64,000 bases of DNA from Candidatus Limnocylindrales bacterium (GCA_035626395.1 DASPNR010000007.1:293012-357011), one strand, 5' to 3'. Counted from the stretch's first letter, positions 25,912 through 38,448 are shown. The notes: generated by a model not told the origin, from the sequence alone. Numbers and translations: made by a program.

Positions 25912-27120
25912 TCAGGCCGGCTTGTCGCGCAGCACCGCTCGCGCGGCGGCTCGCTGCCGTGCCAGCAGCCACAGCAGATAAAAGAGATGGCTGGCCACCG
26001 CCGCGCCCCACAGCAGCAGGTCGAGACGGCCGATGAGCGCCGCGAACAGCAGGGCGTACGCGATGCCGTCGCGCTGGGTGAAGCGCGAGACGAACTCGTC
26101 GCTGGACGGCTCGTAGCTGCCGGCGCGCTCGCGCGCGGTCCACAGGTCGTGCAGCACGTAGATGTAGGCCAGCGCGGTGCTGATCATCAGGCCGATCGTG
26201 GCGATGGCGGCTAGCGCGAGCGCGCCGCCGCCGCCGGCCGGCCCGCCCGCGACGCTCCAGAGCATCGCGATGTGGACGACCGTGTCGCCGGCCAGCTCGA
26301 GCTTCTCGCGCAATCCGCTGTCGGCGAAGCCGGCGCGCGCCATCACGGCGGCGGCCGCGCCGAGCACGCGCGAACCCAGGAAGAGCAGGGCGCCGGCGAT
26401 GCCGGCCTCGTAGCTGGTGCCGCCGAGGATCCAGGCGGCGGTCAGGCCGGCGAACAGCTTGAGCGTGGCCAGGCGCGCCGGTCGCAGCGGCGTGGCACTG
26501 AGCACGCGCGCCAGCCCGGCAGCCAGCCTGCGCTTGACGCGCACGGCGCCGAGCCCGCGCGGCGCGCCGAACAGCGTTTCGACGAGCTTGGACTCGGCGT
26601 GCGCGGCCGAGACGTTGTCGCTCAGTCGCTGCTCGTCGCGCGGATTCAGGTCCAGCACCGCTCCGTCGTGCTCGAGCAGCTCGGCCAGCGCCGTCGAGGC
26701 CGACACGGACGCCAGGCGCGCGGCCACGGCGCGCGCCTCGGCGAGAGAAATCCGTCCCAGTGGCACGGCGATCGCTCCGCGCTCGCAGACGCGAGCCAGC
26801 ACTCGCCGCTCGCGTCGCGCTCGCACGCCGAGCAGCGCCCCCAGCGACAGGTACCACTCGGCGCTGACGACCATCGCCAGGCGCGACTCGTCGCCCGGCT
26901 GCAGACCTTCCGCAAAGCGCGGTGCGGAGATGCACTGGGCGCGGGTGCCGATCAGTCCCGCGATCTCGGCGAGCAGCGCCTGGAGGGAAGCGGGGACGAC
27001 GACCACGGGGGTCATGCGCAAGCGATGAGCCGCCGCCACGTGACGGACCACAGAGGGCACGCCGGCAAGCCGGGTCAGCGCGCCACGGCCGCTGACGAGC
27101 ACCACGAACGGCTCTGCCAT
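25912..27120 (-). CDS. Two-domain hypothetical protein with an N-terminal nucleotidyltransferase-like cytoplasmic domain and a C-terminal polytopic membrane domain
   Basis: Its stop TGA directly abuts the ccmA GTG start (TGAGTG), and it is co-directional with the ccm operon. Its composition looks coding, unlike the His/Arg-rich antisense ORF on the other strand. Confidence 0.5.
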   Translation of the reverse strand: MAEPFVVLVSGRGALTRLAGVPSVVRHVAAAHRLRMTPVVVVPASLQALLAEIAGLIGTRAQCISAPRFAEGLQPGDESRLAMVVSAEWYLSLGALLGVRARRERRVLARVCERGAIAVPLGRISLAEARAVAARLASVSASTALAELLEHDGAVLDLNPRDEQRLSDNVSAAHAESKLVETLFGAPRGLGAVRVKRRLAAGLARVLSATPLRPARLATLKLFAGLTAAWILGGTSYEAGIAGALLFLGSRVLGAAAAVMARAGFADSGLREKLELAGDTVVHIAMLWSVAGGPAGGGGALALAAIATIGLMISTALAYIYVLHDLWTARERAGSYEPSSDEFVSRFTQRDGIAYALLFAALIGRLDLLLWGAAVASHLFYLLWLLARQRAAARAVLRDKPA

Positions 27121-27192
27121 GAGCCTCGTCTATAACGGTCCGGCCGCGGGTAATCGAACGGGAATCGGCGGCGCGCCGGCGCTTGCACGGAA

Positions 27193-28233
27193 GTGCTTCG
27201 TCTGGGAATCTCGCCGCCCATGAGCGCCAGATCCTCCGTGCTTTCCAGTTGGGGTGAGATCCTCCGTACGCAGAACCTCAAGGATCAGAGCCGGCTCGAT
27301 TTCGTCTCGCGATGGCTCCTGATCACGCGTGCCAGCGTTTTCACGATGACCATCACCTCCGGGCTGATCGGCGGCCTGCTGGCCGCGCACTCGCCCGATG
27401 CCAACTGGTGGTTCTTCTTCCTGTCCGTCGTCGGCCTCGTCATCGCGCACGCGGCCAACAACATGATCAACGACTACTTCGACCTGTCGGGCGGGGTCGA
27501 TACCGAAGGCTACACGCGCACGCTCTACGCGCCCCATCCCATCCTTTCGGGCCTGGTCTCCAAGAATGGGCTGATCGCGGCGATCGCTCTCTTCAACCTC
27601 ATCGACCTGCTGATCCTGGCCTATCTGACCGCCGCGCGCGGCCCGCTGGTCGTGTTCTTCGCGCTGGCGGGCCTGTTCATCAGCGTCTTCTACGTGGCGC
27701 CGCCCGTGCGCCTGAAGCACCACGGGCTGGGCGAGCCGGGCGTGGCCATCGTCTGGGGGCCGCTGATGATCGGCGGCACCTACTTCGTCACCACCGGCGA
27801 GATTCCGATGTGGGTGCTGGTGGCCAGCGTGCCATACGCGCTGCTGGTGACGACGGTGCTGTTCGGCAAGCACGTCGACAAGCTCGATTCGGACGGCGCC
27901 AAGGGCATCCGAACCCTGCCCGTGCTGATGGGACGCGAGAGCGCGCTGCGGGCCACGCGCCAGATGATGGTGGCATTCTTCGTGGTGGTCCCGCTGCTGG
28001 TGCTCACCGGCGCGCTCGGCCTCTGGTGCCTGCTGACGCTGCTGGCGCTGCCGCGCCTGCGCGAGACGCTCGAGACGTTTCGCGAGCCGCCGCCGCGCAA
28101 CCCACCGCCGCGATATCCGATCTGGCCGCTCTGGTACGTGGCGTGGGCATTCCGGCTCAATCGCCTCGCCGGCGGCCTGTTCGTGCTCGGACTGCTGCTG
28201 GACGCCGTCATTCCCCTGCACATCGGAACCTGA
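27193..28233 (+). CDS. UbiA-family prenyltransferase, MenA-like
   Basis: The NDYFD...D motif is present and there are about 8 TM helices. The start is 27193 or 27220. Confidence 0.7.
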   Translation: MLRLGISPPMSARSSVLSSWGEILRTQNLKDQSRLDFVSRWLLITRASVFTMTITSGLIGGLLAAHSPDANWWFFFLSVVGLVIAHAANNMINDYFDLSGGVDTEGYTRTLYAPHPILSGLVSKNGLIAAIALFNLIDLLILAYLTAARGPLVVFFALAGLFISVFYVAPPVRLKHHGLGEPGVAIVWGPLMIGGTYFVTTGEIPMWVLVASVPYALLVTTVLFGKHVDKLDSDGAKGIRTLPVLMGRESALRATRQMMVAFFVVVPLLVLTGALGLWCLLTLLALPRLRETLETFREPPPRNPPPRYPIWPLWYVAWAFRLNRLAGGLFVLGLLLDAVIPLHIGT

Positions 28234-28434
28234 CCCCGCGGCCGTCGACGCGAGCACGCAGCGCACGGCCGGCGCCTGGCACGCCGGCACGGCGGCGCGG
28301 ACGGGCGCACGCGCTCGCGCGCCAGCGCCGTCTGGCGGCGTTTCGACGCGCCGGCAAATTCGCGTAGTCTCCGCCCGCCGGTGAAGGGACAGGCGTCTCT
28401 GACCGAGCCTCTCGAGTTCGAAGGAGTTCCGTTC

Positions 28435-29613
<1,179 letters not shown>

Positions 29614-29620
29614 CCTGCGG

Positions 29621-29661
29621 GCGCCGGCTCCGTCTCGCTTCGGCGAAAGCGGAGCCGGCGC
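29621..29661. terminator. 12-bp-stem GC hairpin downstream of the thiolase gene
   Basis: gcgccggctccg...cggagccggcgc forms the stem. There is no U-tract. Confidence 0.35.
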
Positions 29662-29680
29662 CTCCATCGCCGCACACGCC

Positions 29681-30157
29681 GTGTCGGCAACACGAAAAAT
29701 CGTCCTGGTCGCGGGCGCGGTCAGCCCCGACCGCACCATCGCCCTGGAGCGCCTGCTTCGGCGTGAAGCCGACAACACCGGCTGGAGCGATCGTCTGGAG
29801 ATCCGTCTGGGCGGCATCGGTGCGGGCGCGGGCCACGTCAGCGATGCGGGCGAGGCCGCCCTTCGCGCGCACGGCATCGACGCCGCCGGCGCCGCCTGTC
29901 CGGACCTGGAGCGGCGGCGCGACCTGTTCGACGGCGCCACGATGATCGTCACCGACAGCGGCCAGGCCGCCGACACGCTGGTGGACTGGGATGAAACGGC
30001 CGATGCCGACTTCGTCAGCCTCGATGAGCTCGGCGGTGGCGGCGGCGAGGACGCCGAGACCGCTCCCGGTCAGGCGCCCATTGCCCAGGACGTCGACGAG
30101 ATCGCCCGGCTGGTGACCGAGGTCCTGCGCCGGGTCGTGGCTACGCCCGCGCTCTAG
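29681..30157 (+). CDS. Low-molecular-weight protein tyrosine phosphatase (LMW-PTP) fold-like protein lacking the CX5R catalytic loop (a putative pseudo-phosphatase)
   Basis: GC3 is high. KIVLVAGAVSPDRTIALE aligns to the LMW-PTP P-loop IxFVCTGNxCRSPMAE with Cys replaced by Ala and Arg by Asp. Confidence 0.4.
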   Translation: MSATRKIVLVAGAVSPDRTIALERLLRREADNTGWSDRLEIRLGGIGAGAGHVSDAGEAALRAHGIDAAGAACPDLERRRDLFDGATMIVTDSGQAADTLVDWDETADADFVSLDELGGGGGEDAETAPGQAPIAQDVDEIARLVTEVLRRVVATPAL

Positions 30158-30195
30158 GCTCGCTCAGCCGTGACCGGCGCCTCGTGTCTTTCGCG

Positions 30196-31326
30196 CTACT
30201 GGATCGTACGTGGCTTGGCCACGGCCATGCCGTAGTACGTGGTGTTCTCGCTGCTGCCGAAGTCGATGATGTCGCACTCGACGTTGGCGTCGATCTGCTG
30301 CTTGGTGACGCTGTAGATGCGAGCCCGCGCGAACCCGATGATCTTGGTGAAGCCGCTCGGGTTGCCGCAGCCGTCGCTGTCGTAGACCGGTACGAGCACG
30401 CGCCAGTTGTTGGCCGCGTCCCTTTTCGCCTTGTACAGGTCCTCGAACTCGTCATAGGCCGAGGAGACCGTTCCGCCGGTGAAGTTGAAATACGTGGAGC
30501 CGGCAACCACCGCCGGCGCCGTGTAGGTGCCATCCTCCAGCCCCTCGATGATCTTGCGCAGGGTGCTGGCGCTGTGGCTGGGATCGTTGAAGGTGTGCCA
30601 GCCGGCGCAACCGATGGTGCTGTTGGTGGGGTGGAAGCGGATCGCCGAGTCGGTTCCGCAGGGGGAGTCCTTGGCGGTAAACCAGGCCTTGGAGATTCCT
30701 ACCGGAATGTCGGCCTTGCCCGCCGGGATGGACGATACGGATGCAACGCCCGCCGCCGCCGCCGAGGCGGACACCTTGAACGTGTCGACTCCCACCACGC
30801 TGGCCAGCAGCGTCGAGACGGCGCCGTTGACGGTTTCGTCGCGGCGCGCACGGATCTGTACGGCGTCGGCGCCGGTGTCGGTCGCGGTGACGGCGCCGGT
30901 CTGCTTGTTCCACGTGCCGATGACGACGTCGGCGGCGGCGATGTCGACGCTCTTGCCGGCGGCGTAGTTCTGCTGGGAGAATTCGTTGATGTTGGCCAGA
31001 ATGCGGGCCTTGTCGGCGGCGGTCAGGGTGTACTTGCGGTAGTCCTTGTTCCCCATTTCGTCGTAGACGCGGCCGAGCTCGCGACCGCCGGAGGCCGCGC
31101 CGGCGTCGGCGATGCTCTGCAACTGCGTTCTGGTCAGGACGATGTAGCCGACGTCCATGACGAGCGCCGCCATTGCCAGCAGCGCGATGCCGCCTCCGAG
31201 CGCCAGCATCGTCACGATGCCACGCTCGCCGCGGCGCTCGGCGAACACCGGATCGACGGTTCCTCCCGTGCCTGGAAGCGCCGGCCCTGACGGGGAGCCC
31301 TCTTTGCGGTCTGTGGTCAGGCTCAT
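30196..31326 (-). CDS. TadE/TadG-like (Flp pilus assembly) domain protein
   Basis: The N-terminus has a TM helix followed by a TadE-like segment (RGERGIVTMLALGGGIALLAMAALVMDVGY). The start is the internal ATG with GGGGGA upstream. Confidence 0.6.
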   Translation of the reverse strand: MSLTTDRKEGSPSGPALPGTGGTVDPVFAERRGERGIVTMLALGGGIALLAMAALVMDVGYIVLTRTQLQSIADAGAASGGRELGRVYDEMGNKDYRKYTLTAADKARILANINEFSQQNYAAGKSVDIAAADVVIGTWNKQTGAVTATDTGADAVQIRARRDETVNGAVSTLLASVVGVDTFKVSASAAAAGVASVSSIPAGKADIPVGISKAWFTAKDSPCGTDSAIRFHPTNSTIGCAGWHTFNDPSHSASTLRKIIEGLEDGTYTAPAVVAGSTYFNFTGGTVSSAYDEFEDLYKAKRDAANNWRVLVPVYDSDGCGNPSGFTKIIGFARARIYSVTKQQIDANVECDIIDFGSSENTTYYGMAVAKPRTIQ

Positions 31327-31654
31327 CACGTGTTCCCCCTTCGACACTGGCCGGAAATCCTTCCCGGCAAGGACAGCCAACGGACAAGCAAAGGCCGTGC
31401 CCAATGCGGGAGTGTCGCAAGCGATAGCCAGTGCCGCGAAAAATCAGCCTGTAACGGTCTTCGCCGGCTGAGACAGAGAGACACGTGCGGGAACAGGCCC
31501 GCAGGCCGCTGCGGGTCTCGCGCCGCAGAACCGCCTCGTCTGCGTTGCAATGTTGCACGATCATCACGGGCCGTGGCTTTTGGCCGCCGGTCCGCAGCGT
31601 GCCGTTGGTAGTCGGCTGCGGTCATCCCGAGGGAACAGAGGGCGCGGTCGCGGC

Positions 31655-33484
<1,830 letters not shown>

Positions 33485-33485
33485 C

Positions 33486-34910
33486 CTACTTCTTCTCCTT
33501 GGCCTTCTGACGCGCGCGAAACGCTTCGACCCAGCCATCTCGCCCGCGCTGCGGCTTGTCGTTGAACGCGAGCGAGCCGGGCGCGACATCCTTGGTGATG
33601 GTGGAGCCGGCGGCGATGTAGCTGTCGGCGCCGACGGTGACCGGAGCGACCAGCTGGGTGTCGCTTCCGATCTGCACGCGGTCGCCGATGACGGTGCGGT
33701 GCTTGCGGAAGCCGTCGTAGTTGCAGGTGATGGTGCCGGCGCCGATGTTGGCGTCCTCGCCTACGCTGGCGTCGCCGATGTAGGCGAGGTGGTTGGCCTT
33801 GCTGCGCGCGCCGATGCTCGCCTTCTTGACCTCGACGAAGTTGCCGATGTGCACCTGCTCGCCGAGGTCGGCCTCCGGCCGCAGATGCGCATAGGGCCCG
33901 ACCTTGGCGCCCGCGCCGATGGTCGCGCGGTCGGCGACCACTCCCCACCGCACCAGCGCGCCGTCGCCTACCCGCGTATCGCGCAAAAACGTCGAGCCTT
34001 CCAGAACGCATCGCTCGCCGATCACGGTTGCGCCCGAAAGGCGTACGGTCGGACCGACGACCGTGTCGGCCCCGATGCGGACGTCCACCGACAGCATCGT
34101 CGACGGCGGATCGAGGAACGTCACGCCCTGGTCCATCCAATCCAGGATCAGGCGCTCCTGCAGCAGGCTCTCGACGCGGGCGAGATCGGCGCGGCTGTTG
34201 ACGCCGAGGCCTTCCTCCCCTTCCTCCAGCGTCGCGCATGCCGCGGCGCCTTGATTGGAAGCGATCTCCACCAGATCGGTCAGATAGTACTCGCCCTGTG
34301 CGTTGTCGCGCCCGAGCCGGTCCAGCTCGCGCAGGAGGAACTGGGCGTCGAAGCAGTAGGTGCCGGTGTTGATCTCGTCGATCATCGTCTCTTCTTCGGC
34401 CGCGTCGGCGTCCTCGACGATGCGAAGCTCGCCCTGACCTTTGCCGCGAACGATGCGCCCGTAGCCGGTCGGATCCTCCACCTTCGCGCTGAGCACCGTC
34501 ACCTTGGCGCCGGCCGCGCGATGCTCGAGCACCAGCTCCTGCATCGTCTCGCTGCGCAGCAGCGGAACGTCGCCGCACAGCACCAGCACGTCGCCGTCGA
34601 AGCCTTCGAGAGCCGGCCTCGCCTGCATGACGGCATGTCCGGTGCCGAGCTGCTCGCTCTGAAGGACGGTCGTCACGCCCTCGCCGACGACCGCGCGTAC
34701 CGCATCGCCTTGATGACCGACGACGACGATGATGGGCGAAGGCGACAGCGCGGCTGCCGACTGCAGCACGTGCAGGATGAGCGGCCGCCCCGCCACTTCG
34801 TGCAGCACCTTGGCAAGAGAGGACCGCATGCGCTTGCCTTGGCCGGCCGCCAGAACGACGGCTGCCAGTGGACGTGAGCGCTTGGGAGAAGGCTTCGATT
34901 GTCTGGTCAT
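33486..34910 (-). CDS. glmU: Bifunctional N-acetylglucosamine-1-phosphate uridyltransferase / glucosamine-1-phosphate acetyltransferase
   Basis: LAAGQGKRM is the uridyltransferase motif, and a left-handed beta-helix hexapeptide-repeat C-terminus follows. Confidence 0.95.
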   Translation of the reverse strand: MTRQSKPSPKRSRPLAAVVLAAGQGKRMRSSLAKVLHEVAGRPLILHVLQSAAALSPSPIIVVVGHQGDAVRAVVGEGVTTVLQSEQLGTGHAVMQARPALEGFDGDVLVLCGDVPLLRSETMQELVLEHRAAGAKVTVLSAKVEDPTGYGRIVRGKGQGELRIVEDADAAEEETMIDEINTGTYCFDAQFLLRELDRLGRDNAQGEYYLTDLVEIASNQGAAACATLEEGEEGLGVNSRADLARVESLLQERLILDWMDQGVTFLDPPSTMLSVDVRIGADTVVGPTVRLSGATVIGERCVLEGSTFLRDTRVGDGALVRWGVVADRATIGAGAKVGPYAHLRPEADLGEQVHIGNFVEVKKASIGARSKANHLAYIGDASVGEDANIGAGTITCNYDGFRKHRTVIGDRVQIGSDTQLVAPVTVGADSYIAAGSTITKDVAPGSLAFNDKPQRGRDGWVEAFRARQKAKEKK

Positions 34911-34972
34911 GGCTGGAGGCGCGACAGACTAGAACAGAAAATCTCGCGTCTCCACGTCCTGAAGGCGAAACT

Positions 34973-35836
34973 CTACTGTGCCGATGGCGCCGCCGGCTGG
35001 GCCGTCTCGCCGGCGAATGGGTCAGTCGGGGGCGCCCACAGCAGCAGCCCGCCGGTGTCCTGCGCGATCACGAAGCGGCCATCGGGCAGCGGCGTCAGGC
35101 CCTCCGGCATCAGCCCCGGCACACGCGCCGCGCGCAGATTACGGCCCTGGGCATCGACGACGTAGACCTTCTTCCACAGCGCCGACACCACCAGGAAGGC
35201 CTTCATGGCGGGCTGCCAGATAACGTCCGAGAGCGGCGGCGCCTCCACCGCCCTGGAGCTGACGATGCGGGCGTTCTCGAACTTGTCCTTCGTGGAACGG
35301 ATGGGAATGGCCAGCTCGATCAGGACGGGCGGATCGTACTGGTTGGCGGCGTAGAAGCGCCCGCCCTCCTTGGCCGACTCGTCGGGAACGAACGTGATGC
35401 CCTCGATGCCGTCGCCGCCGCGCGCCAGAAAGTTGGGGTTGCCCTCGAAGGTCCGGTCTATGGTGTAGCGGCGGGTGATGCGAAAGTCGTCGGCGGTGAC
35501 TTCGAAGACGATCTCGTGCCCTTCGCGCGCCACGTACAGGAGCCCGGTGGCCGGATCGACGGTGACGCCTTCGAGATCGCCGCCGAGATGACTCTTGCGA
35601 AGGAGCTTGCCCTCCAGCGACACCTCGCCGATGTCGCCCTCATCGCCGACGATGAAAAGGGACTTGCGTAGCGGGTGGTAGACCACCGAGGATGGCTCGG
35701 AGAATTCCGGGAGCGGCCACTCCGTGACGGTGGGGTCGGGAGTGCCCAGGCGGAAGGCGGCGATGGCCGGCAGCAGGAGGGCGAGGAGCGCCGCGCGCGC
35801 CAGCAGCGTGCGGCGACCGGCATGGCCAGCGTGCAT
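34973..35836 (-). CDS. SdiA-regulated/YjiK-family beta-propeller protein, secreted
   Basis: The start is the internal ATG (MHAGHAGRRTLLARAALLALLLPAIAAF, a signal peptide). The mature region has propeller-like repeats (VTVDPATGLLYVA...). Confidence 0.6.
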   Translation of the reverse strand: MHAGHAGRRTLLARAALLALLLPAIAAFRLGTPDPTVTEWPLPEFSEPSSVVYHPLRKSLFIVGDEGDIGEVSLEGKLLRKSHLGGDLEGVTVDPATGLLYVAREGHEIVFEVTADDFRITRRYTIDRTFEGNPNFLARGGDGIEGITFVPDESAKEGGRFYAANQYDPPVLIELAIPIRSTKDKFENARIVSSRAVEAPPLSDVIWQPAMKAFLVVSALWKKVYVVDAQGRNLRAARVPGLMPEGLTPLPDGRFVIAQDTGGLLLWAPPTDPFAGETAQPAAPSAQ

Positions 35837-35915
35837 CAGCGATGGACCGCCGTTCGCGTCGTTGCCACCGGCCGTGCGTTGTTCGAGAATGCCCTCAAGC
35901 GCCGGTTTATACGCC

Positions 35916-36593
35916 ATGGCTCGCCACGAAATCCAAATGCGACTGCTTCGCGCGACGTTGCGCCGATGCATCGCGCCGGCGATGCTCGTGATCGCGCTCT
36001 CGATTCCAGCCGTCGCCACCGCCGAACAGAAGATGCTCGTGTCGCCGGCTTCGGCGCTTGCGCACTTCCTGTCGCTGTTCCGCAAGGAGCCCGCTCCCGA
36101 TCCGCGCCGCATTCCCGATACGCTCGTGGACAAGGAGACGCCGTGGGGACCGCTCCAGGTCGTGGTCTTCAAGGGCCGCCGCATGCTCGCCGTCTACCGC
36201 CACGGCATCCTCGAGCGCGAGTACCCGATCGTGCTCGGGATCAAGCCCGACGGACGCAAACGCTTCGCCTTCGATGCGCGCACTCCCGAGGGCAAGTACC
36301 GCATCACCGACAAGCGCCCGCACGAGCGATGGCAGTACTTCCTCGCCATCGACTACCCGAACGATTCCGACAAGGCGGTCTACGCTCAGGAGCTCGCGCG
36401 CGGCATCATTCCCGACGTCGGCGGTAAGCCCTTGGACATCGGCAGCGGCCTCGGAATTCACGGCAACGACCGGCCGCAGGAGCAGGCGGCCGGCATCGAC
36501 TGGACCAAGGGCTGCGTGGCGATGAGCCGCGACGATATCGCCGCGCTCTACGCCATCGTCGAGGTCGGTACGCCGGTCTGGCTGGTGGAGTAG
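35916..36593 (+). CDS. L,D-transpeptidase (YkuD domain)
   Basis: HGN...TKGCVAMS is the catalytic His/Cys motif. A signal peptide is present. An alternative start is at 35937. Confidence 0.75.
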   Translation: MARHEIQMRLLRATLRRCIAPAMLVIALSIPAVATAEQKMLVSPASALAHFLSLFRKEPAPDPRRIPDTLVDKETPWGPLQVVVFKGRRMLAVYRHGILEREYPIVLGIKPDGRKRFAFDARTPEGKYRITDKRPHERWQYFLAIDYPNDSDKAVYAQELARGIIPDVGGKPLDIGSGLGIHGNDRPQEQAAGIDWTKGCVAMSRDDIAALYAIVEVGTPVWLVE

Positions 36594-36638
36594 CGGGCCG
36601 TTTTGCACGGCGCCGCGAGGGGTGTATTCGCCGACCCG

Positions 36639-37778
36639 ATGTTCTCGAACGCGCCCAGGCTCGACCGCGAAGGCGGCTCGCCGATTTCTCCGGTGCCGGA
36701 GGTCGTCGACGAGATCCGTGCGGGCCGCATGATCGTCCTCATGGATGACGAGGACCGCGAGAACGAAGGCGACATCGTGGTGGCGGCCGAGAAGGTCACG
36801 GTCGAGCAGGTCAACTTCATGATCCGCCAGGCTCGCGGCCTGATCTGCATGCCGATCACCGAAGAGCGCATCGCGCGCCTCGGCCTGCGCATGATGGTCA
36901 CCGAGAACACGGCGCCGCTGGGCACCGGCTTCACCGTCTCGATCGACGCGCGCGGCTGCACCAGCGGCGGCGTCACCGCGCGCGACCGCTGGTGCACCAT
37001 CCGCAAGGCGGCCGAGGACGGCGCCGACGCGTCCGATTTCGTCATTCCCGGACACATCTTCCCGCTGCGTGCGCGGGAGGGCGGCGTTCTGGTGCGCACC
37101 GGCCAGACCGAAGGCTCGATCGACCTGTGCCGCCTGGCGGGTCTGCGACCGGCAGCGGTGATCTGCGAGATCCTCAACGAGGACGGCACGATGGCGCGCC
37201 TGCCGGATCTCGTGCGTTTTGCGCGCGACCATTCGCTGAAGATCTCCACGGTCGCCGATCTCATTCAGTACCGCCTGCAGAACGAGTCGCTGGTGGAGCG
37301 TGTCGCCACCGCGCGGCTTCCCACGCGTTACGGCGGCGAGTTCACGGCGCACGTCTATCGCTCGAGCGTCGAGGAGGGCGAGCACCTGGTGCTGGTCAAG
37401 GGCAGCATCGATCCGGACCGGCCCGTGCTGGTGCGCGCGCACGCCGAATATCTGCCGGGCGACGTCTTCGGCTACACGGTTCGCAACACGGCGGCGGTGC
37501 TGCAACGGGCGATGGAGAAGATCGCTTCGGAAGGAGCGGGCGTCGTCCTGTACGTTCGCCGCCGCGGGCGCGGCGCCGAGATCCTGGCCGAAGACGGCGA
37601 CGGTCCGGTCACCACCAATCCATCGGCGCGCCTGGCCAACTTCAAGGACTACGGCATCGGGGCGCAGATCCTTCGCGACCTCGGCGTGCGCAAGATCCGC
37701 CTGCTCACGAACTCGCCGTTCCGTCTTCCCAACCTTTCCGGCTACGGGCTCGAGGTCGTCGAGGTCGTTCCGGTCTGA
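36639..37778 (+). CDS. ribBA: 3,4-dihydroxy-2-butanone-4-phosphate synthase (RibB) fused to a GTP cyclohydrolase II-like domain that lacks the zinc-ligand cysteines
   Basis: RAGRMIVLMDDEDRENEGD is the RibB motif. The C-terminal domain aligns to RibA, but the Cys residues of VHSEC...RCDCG are replaced (AHAEY...VRNTA). Confidence 0.8.
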   Translation: MFSNAPRLDREGGSPISPVPEVVDEIRAGRMIVLMDDEDRENEGDIVVAAEKVTVEQVNFMIRQARGLICMPITEERIARLGLRMMVTENTAPLGTGFTVSIDARGCTSGGVTARDRWCTIRKAAEDGADASDFVIPGHIFPLRAREGGVLVRTGQTEGSIDLCRLAGLRPAAVICEILNEDGTMARLPDLVRFARDHSLKISTVADLIQYRLQNESLVERVATARLPTRYGGEFTAHVYRSSVEEGEHLVLVKGSIDPDRPVLVRAHAEYLPGDVFGYTVRNTAAVLQRAMEKIASEGAGVVLYVRRRGRGAEILAEDGDGPVTTNPSARLANFKDYGIGAQILRDLGVRKIRLLTNSPFRLPNLSGYGLEVVEVVPV

Positions 37779-37854
37779 AGGCCGATCCGCGCATCGTGCG
37801 GCTCATCGACGCGCCTTGGCCGCGGCCGATCGCCGTCGGATGACCGCTGCGGGC

Positions 37855-38448
37855 CTACAGGTCCACCGCCACCACCAGGAAGTGCGCGTTGAGCCCGTCG
37901 TTGTGGTCGCTCCACAGCCCGAGATTGGAGATGTGGCGGAACCGGTAGCCGATCGTCCATTGCACCGAGGATTCCGGGCCGAACGCGATGCCGATCCCGG
38001 CGTTGTCGCTGAAGTTGACGGGCGAGCCCAGGCCGTAGCCGGACAGGGTCGTGTAGACCAGGCCGATGCCGCCTTCGAAGTAGGGCGAGATGCGGTCCCA
38101 CCCGGCGACGCGAAGCTGGAAGTACGGGACGACCGAAGCCTCGAACGCCTCCTGGTCCTCGACGATCAGCACCATGGCCAGCGGCTCGACTGCGGCCGAG
38201 AAATCGATGTGCGCGCGCTCGAACAGCCGGTCGATCGCGTCGTAGCCGTCGAAGCGCCAGCGCCAGCCGAGACCGGTGGCGACCAGGTCCATCTGCTCCT
38301 CGATGGCGTCTTCATCCGGAGAGTATCCGACCGGAATGAACGGCCCGCTCTCGATCGCGCCGGCCAGAGCGACGGACGCTGCACCCGTCGCCACGCTCGC
38401 CGAAATCCATACCGCAAGAAAGTGCAGGAAAGGTCGTCTCATCAGCAT
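37855..38448 (-). CDS. PagL-like lipid A 3-O-deacylase / outer-membrane acyloxyacyl hydrolase
   Basis: A signal peptide is present. The C-terminal HxSN motif (RFRHISNLG) is typical of the PagL family, and the mature protein looks like an 8-stranded barrel. Confidence 0.6.
   Translation of the reverse strand: MLMRRPFLHFLAVWISASVATGAASVALAGAIESGPFIPVGYSPDEDAIEEQMDLVATGLGWRWRFDGYDAIDRLFERAHIDFSAAVEPLAMVLIVEDQEAFEASVVPYFQLRVAGWDRISPYFEGGIGLVYTTLSGYGLGSPVNFSDNAGIGIAFGPESSVQWTIGYRFRHISNLGLWSDHNDGLNAHFLVVAVDL

Noticed and set aside
25172-26935. 587-aa minus-strand ORF
   Set aside because: It is an alternative frame overlapping ccmA. Its composition is Arg-rich junk.
33485-33589. 5' extension of the glmS ORF (MSRPARS...)
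   Set aside because: GlmS must begin with Met-Cys (the catalytic Cys2). The internal MCGIVGY ATG sits 1 nt after the glmU stop.
36594-36638. FMN riboswitch upstream of ribBA or ribE
   Set aside because: The intergenic spaces (45 nt and 4 nt) are too short for an FMN aptamer.
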